The notes under the pieces are model-generated. The model did not search any database. It saw only the letters and a list, made by a program, of their open reading frames with translations, and was not told where the DNA came from. From assembly GCA_016871995.1 (NCBI GenBank), contig VHBL01000003.1:18004-82003 (forward strand): a stretch of 64,000 nucleotides of DNA, given 5' to 3'. The DNA is from Nitrososphaerota archaeon (GTDB taxonomy: Archaea > Thermoproteota > Nitrososphaeria > Nitrososphaerales > UBA57). Position numbers and translations under genes: made by a program. This document shows positions 45,921 through 55,978 of this stretch, piece after piece. How positions within the stretch are numbered: the stretch's first letter is position 1; the number at the start of each line of letters is the position of its first letter.

Positions 45921-47054
45921 CTACATGGTATTAGTCTTTGCTTTTATTTGATCTATGGCCTTCTCCATGTTCTTCTGAAAAGCAGCCCAAGTGTAGTTTT
46001 CTTCGACCCTTTTCCTCCCCTTTTTGCCCATCTTTTTTCTTAGATTCGCATCACTAATCAAGATTGAAATCTTTGTAGCCCATTCTTTTGGATTTTCTTC
46101 AACGACATAGCCAGTTTCTCCATCAAGAATTGTTTCAGAAGGGCCTCCAATGTTTGACGCGATAACTGGCTTACCAGAAGCCATCGCCTCAACTGGCCCG
46201 AAGCCATAATGTTCCCCAGTCGGCGTGTACAAAAATATAGAGCAATTGCGGTAAAGCTCTAGCAATTCCTTATCCGAAACGTTGGTCAGGATTTTAACGT
46301 CGTTTCCTAATCCTTTGCTGCGAACCTTTTCTTTCAACACATCGGCATAAGACTCGAAGCCCCGTTGAACAGTACCAGCTATTATAAGGGGAACTGCGTC
46401 TCTCGATTTCTTTAGTTCGGCAAGTGCATCTAAAGCAAGTTCGAGATTTTTATTGGGCATTATCCTGTTAACGCTGAGCAGGAAACCTTCATCATTTTCA
46501 CTATAAGCAAACCGCATTGTATCGACTCCGGGGTAAGCAATTATCCCGTCTCTCGAAAACGCCCTTTTTATAGCATCAAGTGTGAAACCCGAGTTGCAAG
46601 TTACAACATCACCCCCTTCGAAGCCTCGCTTTTCCGCCCTGTCTATCAATAAATGCAATATTCGCCTCAGATTATCCCCTTTTTTGACAAGGTACTTCTC
46701 AGGATGGTGGCAGTAGATTATTGAAGGTCTGTACATATGCGCAAGATAGTAGCTGGAGCTAAAGACGAAAAGGTCAGGTCTGTACTTTGAAAGACAATAT
46801 TGCATCATCTTCTTTGAAGTTTGATAAGCTGCTATGGCTCTGAACATGCCGAAGAAAGTCTTTCTACCTCCTGATGCGAAGACGGTTTCTTTCTTGAACT
46901 CTTCAAATGACGTCTTTGGATCGTAAAACGCTGTAAAATAGGCAACATCGTGACCAACGTTCTTCAATGAGCTCCCGAGCCCAAGCACGAGTCTCTGTGC
47001 TCCCGTTCTCATCGAAATATCATAGTGTATTATTGCTATTTTCATGCAGAGCAC
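45921..47054 (-). CDS. GT4-family glycosyltransferase
   Basis: The E-x7-E region is EHYGFGPVEAMASGKPVIASNIGGPSE. The likely true start is MKIAIIHY at 47045. Confidence 0.85.
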   Translation of the reverse strand: MLCMKIAIIHYDISMRTGAQRLVLGLGSSLKNVGHDVAYFTAFYDPKTSFEEFKKETVFASGGRKTFFGMFRAIAAYQTSKKMMQYCLSKYRPDLFVFSSSYYLAHMYRPSIIYCHHPEKYLVKKGDNLRRILHLLIDRAEKRGFEGGDVVTCNSGFTLDAIKRAFSRDGIIAYPGVDTMRFAYSENDEGFLLSVNRIMPNKNLELALDALAELKKSRDAVPLIIAGTVQRGFESYADVLKEKVRSKGLGNDVKILTNVSDKELLELYRNCSIFLYTPTGEHYGFGPVEAMASGKPVIASNIGGPSETILDGETGYVVEENPKEWATKISILISDANLRKKMGKKGRKRVEENYTWAAFQKNMEKAIDQIKAKTNTM

Positions 47055-47984
47055 TTATTCAACCGTCTGTCTGTACATGTCGATTAGTTTCTTGCCGACC
47101 TTCCATTTATCGTGATTTTCAAGTATGAACTCTCTGTTTCTTCTCTGCTCAGCTTTCAGTTTCTTCCTATCTGCAAGCTCGGCAATCCTTTCTCCCATGT
47201 TATTCCTGTGCCTGTAATCTATTGTTGCCAATCCGCAGGACATCGACTCCAGACACGCCTTGCTCAATGAAAACACTGTCTGCCTGTCGATATAGACATC
47301 ATATTTCTTGAGAACTTCGTGCATATCTGAATACTTGAAAGGTCTTCCAGTAAAAACATCTACATCAAAGCCATTTCTCCGCAAACCTTCAACAATATTG
47401 TCAGGAACCTTATCGTACCACAGGTTGAAACCTATAGCTTTGGGTTTTTCATTTTCATAGCTCTTTGGCGAGAACCTCTCTGTATCAATAGGGTTTGCCA
47501 AGTATTCAGCGTCCTCTCGAACTTGCTTAGCTAATGGCAACAGATCAGGCGTAGAAACTATCACCTTCCTTGCAGCTTTTAGATTGCCTCTAATCATCCA
47601 CCCCCAGTTGCTCAAATCCTTGCTACGCTTCATGAACTCTTTGTCTAACAATCCAAAAAGGTCAGTGCCATGGCAGTGTAATAGATGGATAGTTATTCCA
47701 AAAACTCTGAATGCAAAAGCGTCCTGCATTGCATAGTTCACATGTTTAATGCCGGTGCTCCTTAAAGCATTCCAGAAAACTCCAATAGTCTTACCCACGA
47801 TCGATCTCCTCCTTGGTAGATACCTTACTTTGATTCCATATGATTTCAGAACAAGCGAGAGTTCGTAGCCAACCCATGCAGCATCGTTCACAATCGAAAC
47901 TTCGTAATTGAAAGGTCTATCAAGTGTTCTCTGCAGAGATACCACACTTTGCAGAAAAATTAACTCACTATTGTCTCTTTCCAC
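47055..47984 (-). CDS. Divergent GT-B-like glycosyltransferase
   Basis: 309 aa, abutting the GT4 gene. Only weak GT-B-like features are visible (ACLESMSCGLATI). Confidence 0.5.
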   Translation of the reverse strand: MERDNSELIFLQSVVSLQRTLDRPFNYEVSIVNDAAWVGYELSLVLKSYGIKVRYLPRRRSIVGKTIGVFWNALRSTGIKHVNYAMQDAFAFRVFGITIHLLHCHGTDLFGLLDKEFMKRSKDLSNWGWMIRGNLKAARKVIVSTPDLLPLAKQVREDAEYLANPIDTERFSPKSYENEKPKAIGFNLWYDKVPDNIVEGLRRNGFDVDVFTGRPFKYSDMHEVLKKYDVYIDRQTVFSLSKACLESMSCGLATIDYRHRNNMGERIAELADRKKLKAEQRRNREFILENHDKWKVGKKLIDMYRQTVE

Positions 47985-48975
47985 TTGCAGTTTGTAGAAG
48001 ATGGAGAACCTTTCTGTACCAAGCTATAGTCATTTCCAAGCCCTGTTCAAGTGTGAATTTTGGAACCCAGCCAAGAACCTCTGTAGTTAACTTAATGTCT
48101 GCAACTAGTCTAGGCAAGTCTGCAGGTCTTCCCTTCTTAAACACAATTTGAGATTTTGACGCTGCAAGTTTCTTTATCTTCTCTGCAAGTTCTTTGATAG
48201 AAGTGTCGACACCCGTACCTATGTTGAATGTCATGCCCTTCACGCCTTCCTTTCTGCGAATGGCCTCTGCATAAGCCCTGACAGCATCTTTAACATACGT
48301 CAAATCCCTTGTCTGCTCACCATCGTTATGAACGACAATCGGTTCGTCAAGCAAGGCTTTTGTGATGAAGGCTGGCACGACTGCTGGATAACCTCTGTAC
48401 GTGTTGCTCTGGTTCTCGCCGTAAGTGTTAAAGTTTCTGATGGTACATGTGGGATATTTGTACCAAAGATGTATTACCCTGACGTGACTTTCACCAGCAA
48501 GTTTTGTCACGGCATAGGTGCTCTTTGGCTTTGTTATATGATCTACATCCATTGGAACATGAACCGGGTCGCCGTAAACTTCTGGCGATGACGCAAAAAC
48601 GAAGAATGGCTGAGTTTTCGTCTTTAGTAGTTCCTGCGTCAATTTGAATACGCCGTATTCATTGAAATTAAAATATTCCCAAGGCTTGTCCATAGACTCT
48701 GGTATTGAAACTAAAGCGGCGAAGTGTACAATAGCATCAACATTTAGGTCGTCGATACTCTTGGCAGTAAGATCCCTATAGTCCTGTTTTAGCATGGTGA
48801 ACTTCTTTGCAAGTGCATTCTTGTCCTCAATAATGTTGAAAGGATCTAGCGGGAAATCTTCGGAGCGCATATAGGTGTCCAACCCTACAATGCTCTCAAC
48901 TTTGTCGTCATTGAGCAAAATGTTAACAAAGTTAGAGCCGTAAAAACCCGCTGCGCCTGTTACTAAGACACGCAT
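47968..48975 (-). CDS. NAD-dependent sugar-nucleotide epimerase/dehydratase (extended SDR)
   Basis: VLVTGAAGFYGSN and the YAVTK (YxxxK) motif. Confidence 0.85.
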   Translation of the reverse strand: MRVLVTGAAGFYGSNFVNILLNDDKVESIVGLDTYMRSEDFPLDPFNIIEDKNALAKKFTMLKQDYRDLTAKSIDDLNVDAIVHFAALVSIPESMDKPWEYFNFNEYGVFKLTQELLKTKTQPFFVFASSPEVYGDPVHVPMDVDHITKPKSTYAVTKLAGESHVRVIHLWYKYPTCTIRNFNTYGENQSNTYRGYPAVVPAFITKALLDEPIVVHNDGEQTRDLTYVKDAVRAYAEAIRRKEGVKGMTFNIGTGVDTSIKELAEKIKKLAASKSQIVFKKGRPADLPRLVADIKLTTEVLGWVPKFTLEQGLEMTIAWYRKVLHLLQTASGKRQ

Positions 48976-49025
48976 TGCAAAACAATCCTTTTGACGCTCT
49001 GGTTACTTTAGCGTATTAATTTTTG

Positions 49026-49733
49026 TCATAGCACTAACCTATGGCATTCAAAGGCTTCTGCAGCTTTGACACCTACTTGCCGCCCTCTACTTTCAGCTAT
49101 ACGCACTATGTTTTCTGCACTTCGTGGATGTGGCTCCTTTCTTATTTGTGATGAATAAAGTTTCAACGCTTCAATCTTAGTTCTAATTTCTGAACCTATG
49201 TCAACAAAGAAGTTTGGGTTGAATACGGCCCTGCTCCATGAAATTTCTGGTTGCTCATATGACAACACTATTTTCGGTATAGGTTTTGATTTTCCCCCGA
49301 CAGGTCTGCAAGCTGTAAATGCCGCTTCTGCAACAGCAACATGATCCTGGTTGGTAGAGTGCAAGTATGGTATGCATACCATCGTTGGTTTAATCGCAGA
49401 CAGAGAGACCTTCTCTCCCGATTCTATGATATCAACAAGTTTTTTCTTTGGAACTTGATCTAAACACAGATGATATTTGTCTCCAGGCAAAGCCAGATAG
49501 TAGCTGTCAAATCTCAGAAACTTCGCTACCCTTTCAAGCTCTTTGATTCTGACTTTGGTGTCGCTCTTGCCTCCATACTGTGCAATTGAACCTACCGTCA
49601 TTACAAGAACATGGACTTCCCCTCCAGCTTTTTTGACTTTTGGAATTAGGCCTCCGCATCCAAGAACCTCGTCATCGGGGTGAGGAGCTACTACCAGAAG
49701 TCTCTGCCAAGCAAGGTCTAGCGACATGGCCAA
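49026..49733 (-). CDS. PIG-L / LmbE-family N-acetylsugar deacetylase
   Basis: VVAPHPDDEVLGCGG and HSTNQDH motifs. Confidence 0.8.
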   Translation of the reverse strand: MAMSLDLAWQRLLVVAPHPDDEVLGCGGLIPKVKKAGGEVHVLVMTVGSIAQYGGKSDTKVRIKELERVAKFLRFDSYYLALPGDKYHLCLDQVPKKKLVDIIESGEKVSLSAIKPTMVCIPYLHSTNQDHVAVAEAAFTACRPVGGKSKPIPKIVLSYEQPEISWSRAVFNPNFFVDIGSEIRTKIEALKLYSSQIRKEPHPRSAENIVRIAESRGRQVGVKAAEAFECHRLVL

Positions 49734-50489
49734 CTACTTTTTCGCAAGTATCCCGAGAACAACCTTATGAGTAACAAACGTAGATTTCTTATTGAAATAT
49801 TCATCCAACAATGATTCAAATTTGCTCCTTGCTCTTTCGTTGAAAAGGGTGTAAGAGTTCCAGTAATTCAACACCGATTTTCTGTTCGGAAATGTTATCG
49901 GGTTCCTGAATATCGATGTCTTGACTGCCTCAAAGTACTTCTTGAAAGTCGGCAACGCTGTGTTGGACATGAATTGAGTGTTCTCTATGAAGTTGCTCGG
50001 TAGAGGGGCAACTTTGGCGTGTAGATTGGCAAGTTCTTTGTTATTACCTTCAGTAGGGCCACATACGAATACTCTACCTCCTTTCTTCAATAATGAGTAT
50101 ATGTCAGAAACCGTCTTGTCTATGTCCTTTGAATAATAGATCGCAAATGATGACGCAATGGCATCGAATCTGTCTTTCCCCAACACCTCAGCTAACTCTT
50201 CCATACCGCACTTTTTGACCCTAATTGAAACCTTAGCCTTCTTTGCAGCTTCCTCCGACCCTTCCAACAGTTCCTCTGAAATATCAACCCCGAATGCTAC
50301 GCCTGTCTTTCCAACAATCTTGCCATATGGAATAAGCTGCTTCCCACTACCGCAACCAATATCAAGAATCTTCTCCCCCCTCTTAAGATCTAGATTCTTC
50401 AATATCCAATCATTCACTTCATACTTACCAAATCGATCATGTGTGGTTATCCTAATGCTCAGGGCTTGTGCTTCGTTAACGTCTTTCAA
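49734..50489 (-). CDS. Class I SAM-dependent methyltransferase
   Basis: ILDIGCGSGK motif I and an FDAIASSF-type motif. Confidence 0.8.
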   Translation of the reverse strand: MKDVNEAQALSIRITTHDRFGKYEVNDWILKNLDLKRGEKILDIGCGSGKQLIPYGKIVGKTGVAFGVDISEELLEGSEEAAKKAKVSIRVKKCGMEELAEVLGKDRFDAIASSFAIYYSKDIDKTVSDIYSLLKKGGRVFVCGPTEGNNKELANLHAKVAPLPSNFIENTQFMSNTALPTFKKYFEAVKTSIFRNPITFPNRKSVLNYWNSYTLFNERARSKFESLLDEYFNKKSTFVTHKVVLGILAKK

Positions 50490-50560
50490 ATTGCCCCTAC
50501 CGATCTCTGCTGCTTATTTATAATTTGTTTGTATGAGGTATTCCTACTGAAACTACTAAC

Positions 50561-50773
50561 ATGGTCTTATCACGTATCGTCTTTGGCAATAGCACTAATA
50601 TGGGAGAGGTGTGTGACGGCTCTGTTCAGCTTTTAGTAACAACTCCCCCTTACTATAACGCACCATTCGACTACCCAAATCTGTTCAAGAATTACGAAGA
50701 CTTCATGCATATGATAAGGACGTATTCCATATTTGGCATGCTGTTGATCTGCCATCCGAATACCGTTTTGTAG
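50561..50773 (+). pseudogene. N-terminal fragment of an N4/N6 DNA methyltransferase
   Basis: VQLLVTTPPYYN is the (S/T)PPY catalytic motif. The ORF stops after 70 aa, and no recognisable continuation appears in any frame. Confidence 0.6.
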
Positions 50774-50938
50774 AACTTTTGTGCGCGTTTTGGATTATCG
50801 GCAGGAATTTCAAAATGGACAACGCTATCCATGGTGTTTTTTTACTGGATGCAGATTTAAGAGTTTGCAGAGCTATTTGCTTGCTCGTAGAAAAATTCTC
50901 CATCGGGATTTTATACCGTTATCTCCAATTACAGTGCA

Positions 50939-51502
50939 ATGATTGTCCTAGCTATAGAGATTTTTGCCAATATAGCGGTGTCAAGAGGGATTGCTTCTGC
51001 CAACGAGTTCAACACTCTGGCAGCACCATTATTGCTGATAGTAGGCCTTACTCTTGCTTTCTTCGGAAGGAAGTTCGTCAAGACATTGGTCTTCTTGGCT
51101 GGAGGGCTTGCAGGTGCTGCTGCAGGCTTTGCAATAGATTCCTTGATTTTAGGAGGTGCATTGGCATTAGTCGGTGCTATCGTAGGGTTCGTAGTCGTAG
51201 GGGTGATTGCGTACGTCGTGGCAAGGGTTGCTCTGGGTGTTGCTCTTGCAGCAGCATGTTTCTTCTTGGTCAGGGCTATAATCCCTAACACTGCAATCGC
51301 GCTTTTTGTCGCTCTTATCGGATTGATACTTGGGATAATTGCATTCAACAAGTTCCTTTCATTTGCAACTGCTGTGACTGGAGGGTTGATTGTTGCTCAC
51401 GCCCTTCAGGTATACACCTTCAACTTGCTGGCTCTTGCTGTAGGAATACTCATAATGGTGGTTGGAGGGTTAGTGCAGTCAAGGCAGCTCAAGAAGAAAT
51501 AG
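50939..51502 (+). CDS. Gly/Ala-rich polytopic membrane protein
   Basis: 187 aa with about 6 hydrophobic helices. Overlapping alternative-frame ORFs are judged spurious. Confidence 0.5.
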   Translation: MIVLAIEIFANIAVSRGIASANEFNTLAAPLLLIVGLTLAFFGRKFVKTLVFLAGGLAGAAAGFAIDSLILGGALALVGAIVGFVVVGVIAYVVARVALGVALAAACFFLVRAIIPNTAIALFVALIGLILGIIAFNKFLSFATAVTGGLIVAHALQVYTFNLLALAVGILIMVVGGLVQSRQLKKK

Positions 51503-51585
51503 AAACAATTCCAGTGCACAGAAACTTGTCAAGGTCCTGCGTTAATTTTTGTCGCATTTTGTCGTGTTTAGGGGGAGGGGTATCT

Positions 51586-52768
51586 CTAGTATAGATAATC
51601 TCTGTTCGACGCTTCTGAGATTATTGTAATCCCTGGTCTGTCTAATTCAGGCCGTCTGGATTTTAGATTACTGTCATCTCTTTGGGACACGACTACTGGA
51701 TATGTACGCTTTCCAACCAGATCGTCCTTTGCAACATGGAGAGCCAGGCATAAAGCCCAGAATTGGTCATCATGCCTGTTTTCTGGGTGCTGATATTTCA
51801 TTGTACCTGCTGTTGAATAGACCCGCTCCTGTTCCTGTATCTGGATTTTCAGTTCCTCGGCTCCTTTCCTTGGAAGTTTCAAGCGCTTCTGCTGGAGGAG
51901 CATAAGGAGAAATTGAACCATGTCGTGCTTGGACTGGGCTGTAAATGCCATTCCTTCAACAGGTATGTATTTTGCGTCATATTGCTCGATAACGGCTTCT
52001 CCAACAGTACTCTTGTCCAGCCCTAAATTTTCCCATTTGTACTTTTCGTAGAGTGCCTCTGTATCTTGTATAATTGTGTTGTAATCTACATGGGGCCACT
52101 GTTTTACTCCTACTACTCGTGCTATTGACTCATCAGAATCGTCCTGCTCTTCTATTCGTATGATGACCAGAGCTGTAAAGTCTCTGCGCTTGGCTAGATC
52201 TTGGCCTGCGTAATAATCGCTCATATTTTGTCCAACTCGTAGTCTGCTAAACTCCCATCGATCAGTTCTGGAGGTACTGCCGCATTCTGCACGTTGAGGA
52301 AATTACACTCGTACTCTTGGCAAAATGATGGGCCTAGGGCGATCTTCTCTTGCTCTATCTCTTCTGGGTCTATCAGGCCCGGTGCCACATGAATGGGAGG
52401 ATGAATTTTCTGACCGAGTCATCATTGCTGTATAGCCTGTAGAAGAAGCCTCTCTGCCCGTTCGGAGTTGAAACTAGGACGAAATCTCCTTGTGTGTTGA
52501 TTAGTGTTGGCCTTAAGGCTGTGTAAATGGTTTCGTCGTTCAGTCTTATGAAATGCGCCGCTTCATCTAGGTAGACTGCTTTGACGCGATCAAAACCTCT
52601 TAGAGATTGTGCTGTACTTGGCAGGGAGAATATTTCGCAGCCATTTTTGAGGACCAGATTATCAGATTTTGTCTTTGCTATCTCTGACTCCAATATAGAA
52701 AGGTTCGGAAGGATGATAGATCGTTTCCAGAATTTTTCATACATGCACTGAATATCAATGCAAGCCAA
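51586..52768 (-). pseudogene. Terminase large subunit remnant (N-terminally truncated, two frame breaks)
   Basis: The ATPase Walker B region is AVYLDEAAHF...VSTPNGQRGFFY (52373..52768). The middle piece, in a second frame, reads ...FCQEYECNF... (52221-52372). The RNaseH-like nuclease region is GQDLAKRRDFTALVI...HDDQFWALCLA (51586..52224). Confidence 0.8.
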
Positions 52769-53019
52769 GGACAGATACGTCTGTACCGCAAGAAGCGAGG
52801 GAGGGAACCCTATATTTCAAAGGCTGTGATTCATTATAATAGTATTGGGGAGTTCGCATTTATTTTCGAAACTCTAGGAAAAGCATGGGAGGGAACTACA
52901 GAATAAACGTGCCGAAGGTGCAACACCAATAGCTCCAAAGTGCATACGTGCCGATTATGCACAAGAACCGATATTAGAACTACTTAGGTAGTGCCTGCAT
53001 GTAGCCGTATTGATCCCCA

Positions 53020-55109
53020 ATGGATCCAAAAGATTCATTACGGCTAAAAAAGACTGTTGCCTTTGCGGTTGTGACAGTCTTAACACTGTCCATGTTAACC
53101 GCGGTAATACCCCCTATGAAACAAGCAGAAGCTCAGGCTTCACTACCTGCAGATCAAAGAAACTGGGAACGAGTCAATGGGAATGAATTTGGATGGAATT
53201 ACAATCCCCAAAATCAGATCAACAAGGATACTGTGAAGTCACTAGAACTAAAATGGGTCTATCCAGTACCAACTGTTACCCAGCAGAACTTGAAGCTCGG
53301 AGGTCTTGTGGTGAATGAAGGTGCAATGGCTCCTCCAATTGTAATCGACGGGACGGCATATCTTGCTCTGAACAGCAGGAACATATTGGCTCTGGACGCA
53401 AAGACTGGGAAACTGCTTTGGACATATCAAAATGAGTTCAATAACACGGGTTTGCAAAACAGGCTTCCACTTCTTACTGAGAGAACTCATCAGCATGGAA
53501 TCAATTACATCGATGGTATGATCTGGCAAAATGATTATGGATGCAAACTGACTGCTATAGATGCTAAGACAGGGAAGGTTGCAAGGCAGCACACTAACCT
53601 CTGCTTGGAAATTCCTCTGAATAGTGCTCAAGGAATGGGAGTTCCGACAAACTCTGGATTCTATGCGGGTGCAGCAGCACATCCACCACCATATTACAAG
53701 GCTGGTAACCTTCTGATATGGGCTATTGGAGGTTCGGCTGAGGGAACTAACGGAGGAAGATCATTCGTAGCAGGAGTAGATGCTACCACGGGTCAGACCA
53801 AATGGCGATTTTTCTATATACCTCCATGCGGAGACCCTGCAACATGTAAACCTCTATTCCAAAGAGAGAAGCAAGAATGGGGTCAATGGCTTGTCGATAA
53901 CTGCAATAAGATATGGATACAACAGATCAAATCATGTCAGGTAGACCAAGACTTGCTGAGAAACGACTTTGGAAACATGAGGTTCAATTCTGGAGTTAGT
54001 AAGTGTGGGGTACAATGGTAGTAGATCAGGAAACTGGCATACTCTACTTTGGAACTGCGCAAGCTGGTCCAGACTGGAATGCAACATATGCTCCAGGCTT
54101 CAGATTATTCGGAGCATCAATAATTGCAATAAATGCAAATACCGGCCAACTAGTATGGGCCCATCAGACTACTGCAAGAGACCTCTGGGATTATGACTGC
54201 TCATGGAATACGATACTGGCTACAGCAAAAGTGAAGGGACAGAATAAGAAAGTTGTCATAAAAGGCTGCAAGAACGGAATCGTTTATGTGCTTGACGCAG
54301 CAACAGGCGAAGCTTATCACATACTTGAAGGTCCAGATATGAAGCGAACGCCATTAGCCCAACTATATGATCCAAGAAACAAGGAACAGATGACAAAGCC
54401 ATGGACAAACTATCCTAGCAAAGATGCATTCTGGATGAATTGTCCTGCATTTGGATGTCTTGAATCAGACATTGCATACGACCCAACAAGGAATATGGTA
54501 TACGCAGCCATCATGAACTCGCCACAATGGTCTAAGGTTGGAAATGCAGAACTTAGAGGCGTAAGCCTCGCATCGGCGCCTGCAGGAACACCTCCATTCA
54601 CACCAAGTACCAATGCGACGATCAGTGCGTGGGACCTTGACACTGGTCAGCTAAAATGGAAGTACTTTATTGATGGAAGAGGATTCAGGGGAGGAGTAAT
54701 GGTCAGCGGAGGTCTGGTATGGGGTTCAGCAGTAGATGGATACAACAGGGGATTGGATGCGGATACGGGTAAAGTAGCCTACGAAGCTAACCTAGGTGTC
54801 TCTACTCTTACTCAGCCTACAATGGCAGCAGACTCTGACGGCAAGATCAAACTTTTCAGAATAGTCGGAGGACAGAGCGTCATATTCGGAGGAGCCAACT
54901 CGTTATTCTCTCAAGCACCCGGTGCACTGATGGTATACGGACTACCAGATACGATCCCAGCGCCAAAGGAAATAATCAAAGAAGTACCTAAGGAAGTCAT
55001 AAAGGAAGTAACCGTAGAAACAGTGAGCCCAGTATCCTATGCAATAGTAGGAATAGGCATCATAATAGCTGTAGTAGGAATAGTACTATCGAGAAGAAAG
55101 AAGGCGTAA
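53020..55109 (+). pseudogene. Second PQQ-dehydrogenase-like propeller paralog, interrupted by a single frame shift near 54000
   Basis: ORFs 53020..54021 and 54003..55109 overlap in different frames. Aligned to the paralog at 29845..32175, the junction reads NSGVS(x)VWGTMVVDQETG. It has a short KE(I/V)x stalk and the same TM/RRKKA tail. Confidence 0.75.
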
Positions 55110-55122
55110 ACCAATAGCCCCA

Positions 55123-55148
55123 AAGAGGGGCAATCCTCTTTTATTTCG
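55123..55148 (+). terminator. Hairpin plus T-run between convergent genes
   Basis: aagagg-ggcaat-cctctt is followed by ttatttc. Confidence 0.45.
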
Positions 55149-55968
55149 CTTTGGGATAAGAACCCAAAACCTTCACAAATGGGCAATTTTTTGAAATAAC
55201 ATTAAGAACTTCTGCACATGGTTTGTCGTTCCTGTGCCCTTCAAAATCGAGGTAGAAATAATATTCCCACGCCTTCTGCCTTGTCGGTCTCGATTCTATC
55301 TTTGTTAGGTTTATTTTTCTGTCAGCAAACTCCTTCAGAACACCATGTAGCGATCCTGGCACATCAGGCGCCGAAAATATGATTGAAGTCTTGTCAGAAC
55401 CCGTAGGTTTTGCATCCTTTTCTGCCAGCAAGAAAAAGCGTGTATAATTGTTCTTGCTGTCCTCAATCCCTTTTTCCAGAATCTTCATAGCGTAAAAATC
55501 AGCTGCATATTCACTGGCTATCGCAGCGGCTTCCCTCAAGTTCTGTTCTTTTAATAATTTGACGCTTCCAGCAGTATCATATGTTGCAAGTGTCCTGTAG
55601 TTGTTCTTTTGCAGATATGTTCTACATTGGCCCAGCGCCTGAGGATGTGAATAAACGACCTTGACATCTTCCTTGGAGACTGTGGGTAATGAAATCAAAC
55701 AATGAACTATCCGCAGGTTAAGTTCTCCGCAGACCTTGATATTAGTCCTGAGCAGCAGGTCGTAAGTTTCGTTGACGCTGCCTTCCGTCGAATTCTCTAT
55801 CGGCACAACGGCATAGCCTACTTTGCCCTTTTCTATAGCGTCAAAAACTTCAGGCAGTATTCTATATGGCTTGGCTTCGACCCTTCTATCAAAAAAGTTC
55901 TGTACAGCAACTTCGCTGAACGCTCCCCTTTCACCCTGAAATGCGACTGTAATGCTTTTTTCAGGCAA
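55141..55968 (-). CDS. pheA: Prephenate dehydratase (PDT plus ACT domain)
   Basis: TRFFLL, SLHGVLKEFA and the IESRPTR motif. Confidence 0.85.
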   Translation of the reverse strand: MPEKSITVAFQGERGAFSEVAVQNFFDRRVEAKPYRILPEVFDAIEKGKVGYAVVPIENSTEGSVNETYDLLLRTNIKVCGELNLRIVHCLISLPTVSKEDVKVVYSHPQALGQCRTYLQKNNYRTLATYDTAGSVKLLKEQNLREAAAIASEYAADFYAMKILEKGIEDSKNNYTRFFLLAEKDAKPTGSDKTSIIFSAPDVPGSLHGVLKEFADRKINLTKIESRPTRQKAWEYYFYLDFEGHRNDKPCAEVLNVISKNCPFVKVLGSYPKAK

Positions 55969-55978
55969 TTTTCTACCT

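Noticed and set aside
50779-51351. Cys/Arg-rich ORF 50779..51288 (+) and ORF 50929..51351 (-) overlapping the Gly/Ala-rich membrane protein gene
   Set aside because: These are alternative frames of a GC-skewed hydrophobic gene. The 50939..51502 frame gives coherent TM helices and the others do not.
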